NCBI GenBank assembly: GCA_047971915.1
Contig: JBKEAD010000050.1
Location: forward strand, 1-48,240
Reading direction: 5' to 3'
DNA length: 48,240 nt
Source: Chthoniobacterales bacterium
GTDB lineage: Bacteria; Verrucomicrobiota; Verrucomicrobiia; Chthoniobacterales; JBKEAD01
The notes below the pieces were generated by a model, which did no database searches, was not told the DNA's origin, and saw only the letters and a program-made list of their open reading frames with translations. The translations under genes were made by a program, and so were the position numbers. Below are positions 1 to 8,821 of this stretch, in pieces. Every line of letters begins with the position of its first letter. Within the stretch, counting starts at the first letter, position 1.

Positions 1-138
1 TTTGATTCGTCTTTAGTAATTCTCAGAGACATAACCGGACTAGCCGCCGCGGCGAGCGGTGCGGGGTTGGGGGCGCACAGCACCCATCAAACCACTCTTT
101 CCTACCCACTCAAAACAGCGAGGAGCCTGTATTTAGGA

Positions 139-1020
139 TTATGGACCCGACAGGCTACTGGCACTGCGGTATTGGCTTGGGGATTGTCCGGTTAGTTTGG
201 AAAAGGTGCGATTAAATTGAGACAGGGAACAAAAGCCGACTTGGTAGGCGATTTCGGCTATGCGCATATTCCGAAGGAGTAGTTGGCGTTTTGCCGCCTC
301 GATACGGACTAGAGAGATATGCTCGCTGATGGTGATACCGGTGTGGTCTCGAAATAAGGTGCTGGCGTATTGGTTGCTGAAACCTATGGCCTTGGCAACA
401 TCTTCGAGCATGATGGGATCGGTGTGATGTTGGAGGATGTAATGTTTAGCTTTTCGCACATGCTCGGGCTCGCCCTCTAGGTCCTGCATCATCAGGTCAG
501 CAGCGATGCGACTGATTTGTGATGCAAAAACCTCCAGCAAACGAATGGCTGCATCGTAACGTTTTTTGGTTACGCCCTCGGTTCGTTTCCACAGAACTTC
601 GAGTTTTACCAGCATCTCCTCCGGCACCTGCATGCGCTTTAAACTTGTCGCAATGGGACGAAAAATTTTTTTTGGTTCATTTTGCAAAAAAACCTGACCA
701 GCCAGCAGGTTCGCAAAGATCGTGTCGCCAATTTTTAAATAAATAACGGTTTCCGCTAATTGCGCAAAACAGTGCAAGGTCTCGTTTTTCTGCTCATGCA
801 AATGCGCCCGGTGCATACGACAAGCCTGGCAAGTCTTGTCTTCATTTAGGGTTTTACAAAAGGGATTTTGCCAATTCGTATCATCTAGTTCGCCGACATG
901 GGTTTGCAAGCTTACGTAAATGCCCGTTGCATCCGTAAAGGAGCTGATAAATCGCTTGCATTCGGGATGTTTTTTGAGCGCATTTACCAGTGGTTGGTAA
1001 CGTGTTTGCTCAACTTTCAT
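139..1020 (-). CDS. AraC-family transcriptional regulator with N-terminal PocR-like sensor domain
   Basis: C-terminal AraC HTH (LEDVAKAIGFS...IAEIAYQVGFCSLSQFNRTFSKLTGQSPSQYR). N-terminal NPFC...CQAC...HCFAQL...LLAGQV pattern is typical of PocR domains. Confidence 0.88.
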   Translation of the reverse strand: MKVEQTRYQPLVNALKKHPECKRFISSFTDATGIYVSLQTHVGELDDTNWQNPFCKTLNEDKTCQACRMHRAHLHEQKNETLHCFAQLAETVIYLKIGDTIFANLLAGQVFLQNEPKKIFRPIATSLKRMQVPEEMLVKLEVLWKRTEGVTKKRYDAAIRLLEVFASQISRIAADLMMQDLEGEPEHVRKAKHYILQHHTDPIMLEDVAKAIGFSNQYASTLFRDHTGITISEHISLVRIEAAKRQLLLRNMRIAEIAYQVGFCSLSQFNRTFSKLTGQSPSQYRSASSLSGP

Positions 1021-1198
1021 GGATGCACGATCCGAAAATCATCGTTTTGGAAAAAGTCATAGGGCTGCTTTAGAATCATCTGTTTTGCTTGCGATTTTAC
1101 CTTTTAATAAAAAATAAGAATATGAAAAAATGCACATTTTTTTAGAGTAAATGCGGAGAATTGAAAACGCACTCGGTCTATATTTCGATGAATCTACT

Positions 1199-1369
1199 AT
1201 GAATATTCTTTATGTGACCTTGCTAGTCAGCCTGTGCCTGACCGCTATTTTTATGGCAGCATTCGTCCTAGAGCATGTTCTGAGTCGCGGTGGAAATCCC
1301 GAGCGGGATGCCCTGTTGCCGCTAGACGATGGCAAAAAAGTAACGCCTCCAAAATCCACTGAAGACTAA
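1199..1369 (+). CDS. ccoS: cbb3-type oxidase maturation protein, CcoS-like
   Basis: 56-aa single-TM protein (MNILYVTLLVSLCLTAIFMAAF...PERDALLPLDD) directly upstream of ccoN. ATG 1199 preferred over 1151. Confidence 0.7.
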   Translation: MNILYVTLLVSLCLTAIFMAAFVLEHVLSRGGNPERDALLPLDDGKKVTPPKSTED

Positions 1370-1413
1370 AGACTGAAGACAAAACGCATTTATCAAAATA
1401 ATTATCCATCACT

Positions 1414-3885
1414 ATGAATCAAAATAGCTCCTCTAAGCTCGTAACGATCGAGTATAACGACGGTGTCGTCCGTCAATTCTGTATAGCCACCTTGTTTTGG
1501 GGCTTTGTTGCCATGCTGGTCGGTGTTTTTGCCGCCTTTGAACTCAGCTTTTGGCAAATGAACGGGAAATTTTTGGAGACGATTACCTTCGGCGCGATTC
1601 AGAGCGAAGGGCTGCCTTTTTTGACCTTTGGTCGCCTTCGTCCGCTCCACACAAATGCAGCGATTTTTGCCTTTGTGGGAAACATGATGTTTGCGGGTAT
1701 CTACTACTCTACCCAGCGTTTGTGTAAGGCGCGAATGGCTTCGGACTTTTTATCAAAACTTCATTTTTGGGGATGGCAATTTATCATTCTTTGTGCCGCG
1801 ATCACTCTGCCTGCCGGTCTTACGCGCAGTAAAGAATACGCCGAGCTTATTTGGCCGATCAACATCATGGTCGTGCTCATCTGGGTGGTTTTTGCGTGGA
1901 ATTTTTTCTGGACTTTGAAACGTCGAAACGAGCCAAGCCTCTATGTCGCGCTTTGGTTTTATATAGCCACGATTGTCACCGTAGCGATGCTGTATATCGT
2001 TAATCACCTTTCGCTCCCCACAAGCCTCACGCACAGCTACCCTATCTTTGGCGGTGTGCAAGATGCGCTTGTGCAGTGGTGGTATGGGCATAATGCGGTC
2101 GCCTTTTTCCTAACGACACCGATTTTGGGTATCATGTATTATTTTATGCCCAAGGCGGCAGAGCGTCCGGTGTATAGTTACAAACTTTCGATTGTTCACT
2201 TTTGGTCGCTCGTTTTCATCTACATCTGGGCGGGTCCCCACCATCTTCTCTATACGAGTTTGCCCACATGGTTGCAGTTTTTGGGAATGCTTTTCAGCCT
2301 TATGCTCTGGGCTCCAAGCTGGGGTGGTATGTTAAATGGACTCCTAACACTCCGTGGAGCGTGGGATAAACTTCGCACGGATCCGGTTATTAAATTTTTC
2401 GTAGCAGGTGTGACCTTTTACGGTATGTCAACCTTTGAGGGGCCCTTGCTCTCGATCCGAGCAGTCAATGCCCTATCGCACTACACGGACTGGACCATCG
2501 GTCATGTTCATGCCGGCACGCTTGGCTGGAATGGTTTTATGGCCGCCGGAATGCTTTACTGGATGATGCCTCGTCTCTACGGTCGTAAGCTCTATTCCGA
2601 CGGTCTTGCAAATATGCACTTCTGGATTGGGATGATTGGCATTTTGCTTTACGTAGCAGCCATGTGGGCTAGCGGTATTTCACAGGGGCTAATGCTCAAT
2701 CAGCTCACCGAAGACGGCACGCAAGTCAAATATCAGTTTGTTGAAACACTAGATAAAATCGGTCCGCTCATGCTTGCACGCTCCATAGGCGGCGTACTCT
2801 ATCTTTGCGGTTTCAGCCTGATGATTTTCAACTTTTGGAAAACCGTTCGCGGCGCAACTCCGGTCGTCGATCGGCGCGAAGTTGCCATGCTGACTCGTGA
2901 GCAAAAAGATACGATGAGCTGGATCCGCACCTTCTTTAACGACCCCATTTTCTTCTGCTTTGTCGGCACGCTAAGCTGTATTCTTTGGATATTCCTTCCA
3001 AATTATACAAACTTACTTGCTCTGATTATTGGGCTATTGCTGATGGGGGTCGGCGTCTTACGCTACCGCTCATCCGGCAAAGCTTGGGGGAAATGGTATG
3101 AGTCCCTATTAGAAAATTACCTGCCGTTTACGGTGTTGACTTTTCTTTCTGTGGTCATCGGTGGCTTGGTCCAGATCGTCCCTACCGTCATGGCAAATAA
3201 TGCTAAAAATGTGACGGGGCGACTTCAGGTTCCTTATACACCACTGGAATTAATTGGCCGGGATATTTACGTCTCAGAGGGCTGTTATAATTGTCACTCA
3301 CAAATGATTCGTATGTTGCTCCCCGATGTGGTCCGCTATGGCTATGCCGACAATCAGGGATATAGCCGCCTTGGCGAGTCCATTTACGACTACCCCTTCC
3401 AATGGGGAAGTAAACGCACCGGACCCGACCTCGCACGCGAAGGCGGAAAGCAAGATAATATATGGCATTACATCCACATGCGTAATCCGCGTAATATGCA
3501 CCCAAGCTCGATCATGCCAAACTATCCTTGGCTTTATACTAAAAAAATCGACTTCGATTCTATACCGTGGCGCATTGCAGCAATGCGTCGCTTAGGCGTC
3601 CCCTATGAGCCGATGAGTAATGATGTGATCCGCGATAAGGCCATTAAACAAGCCATCGAAATTGCTGACACTATAAAAACTCAGCATAGTGATGTGCAGG
3701 CAGATACAGAAATTATTGCCCTGATTGCTTATCTCCAAAAACTTGGAACTTATGAAATGACGCCGCCCAAAGAAGAGAATGCACCCGGGATTTTTACGCC
3801 TATCATTCCGGATGAATTGCGTCAGGAGAAAACATCTGAAAATGATAGTGATTCCAATAAAACAGCAACAACGACCCAACACTAA
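1414..3885 (+). CDS. ccoNO: cbb3-type cytochrome c oxidase, fused subunits I+II (CcoN-CcoO)
   Basis: Heme-copper oxidase motifs RPLHTN, WWYGHNAV, GPHHL and IGHVHAG, followed by CcoO motifs EGCYNCHSQMIR and WGSKRTGPDLAR in one 823-aa ORF. Confidence 0.96.
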   Translation: MNQNSSSKLVTIEYNDGVVRQFCIATLFWGFVAMLVGVFAAFELSFWQMNGKFLETITFGAIQSEGLPFLTFGRLRPLHTNAAIFAFVGNMMFAGIYYSTQRLCKARMASDFLSKLHFWGWQFIILCAAITLPAGLTRSKEYAELIWPINIMVVLIWVVFAWNFFWTLKRRNEPSLYVALWFYIATIVTVAMLYIVNHLSLPTSLTHSYPIFGGVQDALVQWWYGHNAVAFFLTTPILGIMYYFMPKAAERPVYSYKLSIVHFWSLVFIYIWAGPHHLLYTSLPTWLQFLGMLFSLMLWAPSWGGMLNGLLTLRGAWDKLRTDPVIKFFVAGVTFYGMSTFEGPLLSIRAVNALSHYTDWTIGHVHAGTLGWNGFMAAGMLYWMMPRLYGRKLYSDGLANMHFWIGMIGILLYVAAMWASGISQGLMLNQLTEDGTQVKYQFVETLDKIGPLMLARSIGGVLYLCGFSLMIFNFWKTVRGATPVVDRREVAMLTREQKDTMSWIRTFFNDPIFFCFVGTLSCILWIFLPNYTNLLALIIGLLLMGVGVLRYRSSGKAWGKWYESLLENYLPFTVLTFLSVVIGGLVQIVPTVMANNAKNVTGRLQVPYTPLELIGRDIYVSEGCYNCHSQMIRMLLPDVVRYGYADNQGYSRLGESIYDYPFQWGSKRTGPDLAREGGKQDNIWHYIHMRNPRNMHPSSIMPNYPWLYTKKIDFDSIPWRIAAMRRLGVPYEPMSNDVIRDKAIKQAIEIADTIKTQHSDVQADTEIIALIAYLQKLGTYEMTPPKEENAPGIFTPIIPDELRQEKTSENDSDSNKTATTTQH

Positions 3886-3893
3886 TTCATATT

Positions 3894-4634
3894 ATGTTTA
3901 AACAAATCTTTATCGACAATTGGCATAGTATTGCGGCTATCGGAATATTTGCTTTCACCTTTATTGCCTATCTCTTTCTTGTCTTTCACGCGGCAAAGTT
4001 GAAAGACGAAGAGAGTAAACATCTGAGTGGATTACCGCTCGACGATGGAAAACAGCCCAGTAAAAAACGTTCTGTAAATAGTAGTGGCCCCGAATTACGT
4101 CCTCATGTTTATGACGGGATTCAAGAGTATGATAATAAACTGCCAAACTGGTGGCTCTATACATTATACATAGCTATCGTATTTTATATAGGCTGGTGGG
4201 TCGCATACTATCAATTTGGTATTATACCTTCAGACGGTGAAGAACTTCATAAGCAAATTATAGCCGTGCAGCAGGCCAAAGACGATCAGATCAAAGAACT
4301 CGCCAGTAAGATTAGCGATGAAAAACTTTGGGAAATGAGTAAAGACTCTTCGATCGTTCAAAAAGGAAGCGAGATCTACCAACTAAACTGCTCGCCCTGC
4401 CACGCCGCTGATTTGAGTGCTAAAATGGGTGCCGTTTCTCTACCCGGACAACCACTAAATAATGACGAGTGGAAGTATGGAGGCGAACCAATGCAGATTT
4501 TACAAATCGTACAAAAAGGATCGCCCGACAAGACCGCACCCGTCCAGATGCCACCGTGGGAACAGGTCTTATCTGCCGAGCAAATCACTCAGGTTGTCGC
4601 TTTTGTATTGAGTCATCATACGCAACCCGAATAA
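3894..4634 (+). CDS. ccoP: cbb3-type oxidase subunit III (monoheme CcoP) with N-terminal CcoQ-like segment
   Basis: HVYDGIQEYDNKLPNWW (CcoP N-terminus), one CSPCH heme site and MPPW. The first ~55 aa are a TM helix ending in LPLDD, as in CcoQ. Confidence 0.9.
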   Translation: MFKQIFIDNWHSIAAIGIFAFTFIAYLFLVFHAAKLKDEESKHLSGLPLDDGKQPSKKRSVNSSGPELRPHVYDGIQEYDNKLPNWWLYTLYIAIVFYIGWWVAYYQFGIIPSDGEELHKQIIAVQQAKDDQIKELASKISDEKLWEMSKDSSIVQKGSEIYQLNCSPCHAADLSAKMGAVSLPGQPLNNDEWKYGGEPMQILQIVQKGSPDKTAPVQMPPWEQVLSAEQITQVVAFVLSHHTQPE

Positions 4635-4667
4635 GGGCTGCTAATTTGTAGATGTCGTTACCTGTAG

Positions 4668-6068
4668 ATGAATCCTAAAAATAAACGTCCAAACTTAGAT
4701 CAGGTAACAACCATCAATGATGATGGGAGTCGCTATATCATCCATCCCGCCGACGTCAAAGGCCCCTTTACCTTTTGGCGTCGCTTGGTTGGCTTTGTCT
4801 TAGTCAGCATTTATATTTTACTTCCGTGGATTCCGATCGGGGGGAATCCGGCCGTTTTTTTAGATGTTGTAAACCGACGCTTTCATCTTTTTGGTTTTAC
4901 TTTAGCGGCACAAGATCTCTGGTTATTATTTTTTCTGGTCTCAGGATTAGCTTTTTTTCTCTATTATATTTCTGCTCTCTTTGGGCGTATCTGGTGTGGT
5001 TGGGCGTGCCCCTACACGGTTTTTCTCGATCATGTTTATCGACGCATCGAGCGTTTATATGAGGGTGATGCCGCTCGCCGCAAAAAACTCGACAATGCGG
5101 AGTGGACGCTCCAAAAATTTTTTCTGAGAGCAAGTAAGCATCTGACCTATGTGATCGTATCTCTGCTGATAGCGCATATTTTTCTTGCTTACTTTATATC
5201 ACTTCCGCGCCTCTATTCTTATATGCATGATTCCCCTCTGGATCATTTTGGAGCTTTTGGGGTCGTCGTTTTTTTGACCTGTGTTTTATACTTTTGCTTC
5301 GCTTGGTTTCGCGAGCAATTCTGCATCATTGTTTGCCCCTATGGTCGCTTGCAATCCGCTTTGACCGATGATGATACGATCATTATCGGATACGATGAAA
5401 AGCGCGGCGAGCCACGAGGAAAAAAAGGCGATGTAGAGGGCGACTGCGTGGACTGTAAACGCTGCATTCAAGTATGCCCGACCGGTATTGATATAAGAAA
5501 TGGTTTGCAGCTTGAGTGTATCGGCTGTGCGGCCTGTCTGGATGCTTGCGATGATATTATGACCAAGCTGAAACGTCCATTGGGCCTCATTCGTTATGAC
5601 TCGCTAAATGGTCTCGAAGGGAAGAAACGGCAAATCGTACGTCCCCGTATTTTAGTTTATACCGCTCTTATGTTATTAGGAGCAGGGCTTGTGCTCGGCG
5701 CGATGACAAAGGTAACCCCTTTTGAAATGAGTATTATACGTTTGCCGGGTATGCCGTATATGGAAGATGCTGGTTTTGTGCGTAATCAAATCATGGTTCG
5801 CCTTTTGAATAAAAAAAATCACGCAGTGGATTATACGATTAAAATTGATGGATTGCCCGAAAGTTCACTTCTCATCGGCACAGATCAGGTCATCCATGTA
5901 GATGCTCTAAAAGAAAATAGCTTTACCGTAGCGATGGCTGTTCCCAAAGCCGACTACCAAAGCAATCGCAAATTTACTATCATAGCAACAGAGAAAGATA
6001 GCGGCGATCATTTGGAACGCTCCGCCGTTTTTCTCGGGCCGGAGCATACGAAGCCCGTCAACCAATAA
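4668..6068 (+). CDS. ccoG: cytochrome c oxidase accessory protein CcoG
   Basis: GRIWCGWACP, REQFCIIVCPYGRLQS and the 2x[4Fe-4S] motifs CVDCKRCIQVCPTGIDIR...ECIGCAACLDAC. Confidence 0.95.
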   Translation: MNPKNKRPNLDQVTTINDDGSRYIIHPADVKGPFTFWRRLVGFVLVSIYILLPWIPIGGNPAVFLDVVNRRFHLFGFTLAAQDLWLLFFLVSGLAFFLYYISALFGRIWCGWACPYTVFLDHVYRRIERLYEGDAARRKKLDNAEWTLQKFFLRASKHLTYVIVSLLIAHIFLAYFISLPRLYSYMHDSPLDHFGAFGVVVFLTCVLYFCFAWFREQFCIIVCPYGRLQSALTDDDTIIIGYDEKRGEPRGKKGDVEGDCVDCKRCIQVCPTGIDIRNGLQLECIGCAACLDACDDIMTKLKRPLGLIRYDSLNGLEGKKRQIVRPRILVYTALMLLGAGLVLGAMTKVTPFEMSIIRLPGMPYMEDAGFVRNQIMVRLLNKKNHAVDYTIKIDGLPESSLLIGTDQVIHVDALKENSFTVAMAVPKADYQSNRKFTIIATEKDSGDHLERSAVFLGPEHTKPVNQ

Positions 6069-6085
6069 ATTGTTTCGAGTGACTC

Positions 6086-6250
6086 ATGGTAAAGCTTGGA
6101 AAACTTTTTCGCAAACGTCCGTGGCTGATTCTAATCCTAGTAAACGCTATTTTTATGGCATGGTGGATTAGTTTTATTGTATTTGCCGTAAAGAATCAGC
6201 CGGAGGTTATAGAGATAGAGGAAGTGCCCGCACAACATGACCAACCCTGA
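6086..6250 (+). CDS. small single-TM protein at the ccoH/FixH position (not in ORF track)
   Basis: Translated by hand: MVKLGKLFRKRPWLILILVNAIFMAWWISFIVFAVKNQPEVIEIEEVPAQHDQP (54 aa), 17 nt after ccoG. RPW followed by a TM helix resembles FixH N-termini. Confidence 0.6.
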   Translation: MVKLGKLFRKRPWLILILVNAIFMAWWISFIVFAVKNQPEVIEIEEVPAQHDQP

Positions 6251-6316
6251 ATTTAGGGCACACGCGATTCGTTTATCTCAAACACTTTTTCCGTCCGTAT
6301 AAGCGGGCGATGGGTT

Positions 6317-7141
6317 CTATCGCTCCAGTCGAAGGACGAAGCGACAAACGAGCTCATTAATGATATAGAGTAAAAAAAGAATTGCGGGAATACAGAAACT
6401 CGGCGGCCAGTTCGTTGCGCAGGCCAATAAGATACCCGTCCAAACAGAGAGGAGTGCGATAACAATGGAAACGGCAATGGAGGTCCAAAAACCACGACAG
6501 AGCCGAGCGGCGATACCTGCCGGCCCGATGACCAGAGTGAAAACTAAAAGAATCCCAACCACTTGGCTTGCCAAAGTCACGCTAATCGCCAAAACGACCA
6601 TGAATGCAGACGAAAGCGCGGTGAGTGAAAGCCCACGCGATTCAGCAAGATCGGGTTGGAGGCTGGCGAACAAAAGGCGTCGCGAAAAAATAGCAAGGGC
6701 ACCCAAACTTAATAAAGATAGGATGAGCGTCTGAACAATCTGACTATGGGAAACACCGAAAATATTTCCAAAGAGAATCGCCGTTGCCGCTCCAGAAAAT
6801 CCCTTATAAATCATTAAAAAAAGTGTTCCCAGACCAAGCGCAAACGAGAGAACCATACTGACGGCCAATTCGCTGCGGCTTAGTTTATTTCCGGATATCC
6901 CCATAGCACCTCCGGATAGAACGCTGATGACCAACATGCCTTGTAGTGGCGAGAGGCCAAATAATGCTGCTCCGGTGGCACCGGTAAATCCAATGTGCGC
7001 CACAGCATGTGCTGCAAAAGCAATATTACGAATAATCACGAAGTAGCCAACAACGGCTCCCAAAATCGCAGCCAGCGAACCGGCAACCAGAGCATTGCGG
7101 ACAAATCCATATTCCAGATAGCCATAAATTTGATCAATCAT
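6317..7141 (-). CDS. Zn/Mn ABC transporter permease (ZnuB/MntB family)
   Basis: AFAAHAVAHIGFTG, ILFGNIFGV and VVGILLVFTLVIGPA. The start MIDQ overlaps the ATPase stop. Confidence 0.9.
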   Translation of the reverse strand: MIDQIYGYLEYGFVRNALVAGSLAAILGAVVGYFVIIRNIAFAAHAVAHIGFTGATGAALFGLSPLQGMLVISVLSGGAMGISGNKLSRSELAVSMVLSFALGLGTLFLMIYKGFSGAATAILFGNIFGVSHSQIVQTLILSLLSLGALAIFSRRLLFASLQPDLAESRGLSLTALSSAFMVVLAISVTLASQVVGILLVFTLVIGPAGIAARLCRGFWTSIAVSIVIALLSVWTGILLACATNWPPSFCIPAILFLLYIINELVCRFVLRLER

Positions 7142-7925
7142 GACGTGCGGTCTCCGTAACGTTGCTTTCGGCATTAACAATAAAAATACGTCCTTCGGCA
7201 CGAATCACATGGATCTCTGTGCCGTAAAGCTGACTAAGAGATTCCGTCGAAATGACATCGTCCACTTCTCCAAGTGCGGCATTTCCTCCTGCCGTGTAAA
7301 GCACCCTGTCCATAATGCCCAATAGCGGATTCACGTCATGCGCAATAAATAATACCGTAGCACCCGTCTCCCGCTGAATTTTGGAAATGCGATCCACGAG
7401 CAACATTTGATTTTTCGGATCCAAACTCGCTAAGGGTTCATCAAGAATCAACAGACGAGGATTTCCTAATAGGGCTTGCGCGAGTGAGACCCTTTGTTTC
7501 TCGCCTCCCGATAAAACCGAAAATGGCTTGTCCGCATAATGCACGGCTCCGGTCAGCTCCAACACGCGATTCACTTCATCTCGTGCTTGGCGTGACTGCC
7601 AGGGCAAGCCCCAAAGCCCTCCCTCATGCACGGCTGCTACCAAGGAGCGGGAACTCAATGCGGTGCTTTCTAGGCTGGCTCGCGTTTGCGGCATATAGCC
7701 AATTTGCCGATTCACCTTTCCGGGAGGCTCACCGAAAATCTCGATTTTTCCTTGTAAAATTGGACAAAGTCCGAGGATAGCTCTGACGAGAGTGGATTTC
7801 CCGGAGCCATTTGGTCCGAAAATGCCGATAAACTCACCGCTCGTAATCTCGGCATCGACGCCTTGCAAAATCGTGTTGCCTCCGAGGCGGATGTTTAGCT
7901 GGCGAATCGATAGAGCGGATGGCAT
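7134..7925 (-). CDS. Zn/Mn ABC transporter ATP-binding protein
   Basis: Walker A GPNGSGKST, signature LSGGEKQR, LLILDEP and the H-loop IAHD. Confidence 0.93.
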   Translation of the reverse strand: MPSALSIRQLNIRLGGNTILQGVDAEITSGEFIGIFGPNGSGKSTLVRAILGLCPILQGKIEIFGEPPGKVNRQIGYMPQTRASLESTALSSRSLVAAVHEGGLWGLPWQSRQARDEVNRVLELTGAVHYADKPFSVLSGGEKQRVSLAQALLGNPRLLILDEPLASLDPKNQMLLVDRISKIQRETGATVLFIAHDVNPLLGIMDRVLYTAGGNAALGEVDDVISTESLSQLYGTEIHVIRAEGRIFIVNAESNVTETARHD

Positions 7926-7936
7926 GTTTTAAAAAA

Positions 7937-8764
7937 TTATTTCAAGCAGGTAGCGATGGCATCGAGCTGCGAGAGCATCCAGCTCAAATAGGTTTTTTGG
8001 TCGGGAGGTTGCGTTTCTGTCACGCCGACAACCGAAACATCATTTGCTTTAGCAATTTCTAGCATGCGTGTTGTCGAAGGATCGGCGACTTGGTTATTAT
8101 AAAAAAGAATCTTCACCGTCTTGTCTTTCAGGCTATTTTCAAATCCGGCGGTCTGTTCAAAACTTGGATCCGTATCATTCATAACGGCTAGTTGATAGTC
8201 CGCGTTTAGCATATCAAAACCAAGAGCCTCGGCCATGTATTCAAAGACTGGCTCGGTAGCAGTGACCTTTACTCCGGTCGTTTTTGCTTTTAGCTCCACG
8301 ATTTTTTCCATCAGCGGTTTTAGAGAATCAATAAAAACTTTTGCGCCATCGGGGTTCTTTAAAACCTCACCGAGCTTCTCTGCGAGAGCGGGTATGGTTT
8401 TAGGATTATACCAAAGGTGCGGATTATCTCCATCTTTAGCACCAATAAGCTCGGCGACATTGATGGCGATACGATTTTTATTTCCATCAACTCCCAAGAG
8501 CCTCTCTACCCAATGGTCGTAGTCGATTCCATTGTAGATCACGATGTCTGCGTCCGCAATCTTCCTTGCCGTTGCAGCATCGACCTGAAAGTCATGCGGA
8601 TCTTGGTTGGGATTGTTGAGAACGCTGGTGACCCTAGCGGAAGGACCGGCAATTTGCGCAGCGACATCCCCATAGAAATTTTCTGCTGCAACGATTGAGA
8701 GTGTTTCTGCTCGGAGCGTCGTAACCAGAGCTAAAGCGACGGCGAATGATAAAAGGGCTTTCAT
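7937..8764 (-). CDS. Zn/Mn ABC transporter substrate-binding protein (cluster A-I)
   Basis: Signal peptide plus VAAENFYGD, DPHDFQ, NPHLWY and ATEPVF metal-site motifs. Confidence 0.92.
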   Translation of the reverse strand: MKALLSFAVALALVTTLRAETLSIVAAENFYGDVAAQIAGPSARVTSVLNNPNQDPHDFQVDAATARKIADADIVIYNGIDYDHWVERLLGVDGNKNRIAINVAELIGAKDGDNPHLWYNPKTIPALAEKLGEVLKNPDGAKVFIDSLKPLMEKIVELKAKTTGVKVTATEPVFEYMAEALGFDMLNADYQLAVMNDTDPSFEQTAGFENSLKDKTVKILFYNNQVADPSTTRMLEIAKANDVSVVGVTETQPPDQKTYLSWMLSQLDAIATCLK

Positions 8765-8805
8765 TCGAAAAGTATTAGTCCCCTCGAAATAAACATCAAT
8801 AAAAA

Positions 8806-8821
8806 TGATATTAAAATATCA
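8806..8821. promoter_or_regulatory. candidate metal-regulator (Zur/Fur-family) operator
   Basis: Perfect 7-2-7 inverted repeat TGATATT-AA-AATATCA ~40 nt upstream of the metal ABC operon start. Confidence 0.45.

Noticed and set aside
35-100. GC-rich segment GCGGGGTTGGGGGCGCACAGCACCCA resembling REP or mobile-element ends
   Set aside because: Single copy at the window edge, imperfect pairing and no adjacent transposase visible.
1316-4055. Shared LPLDDGK motif in the CcoS-like and CcoQ-like segments as a duplication
   Set aside because: Only ~21 nt with synonymous differences, and similar tails are common in both small-protein families.
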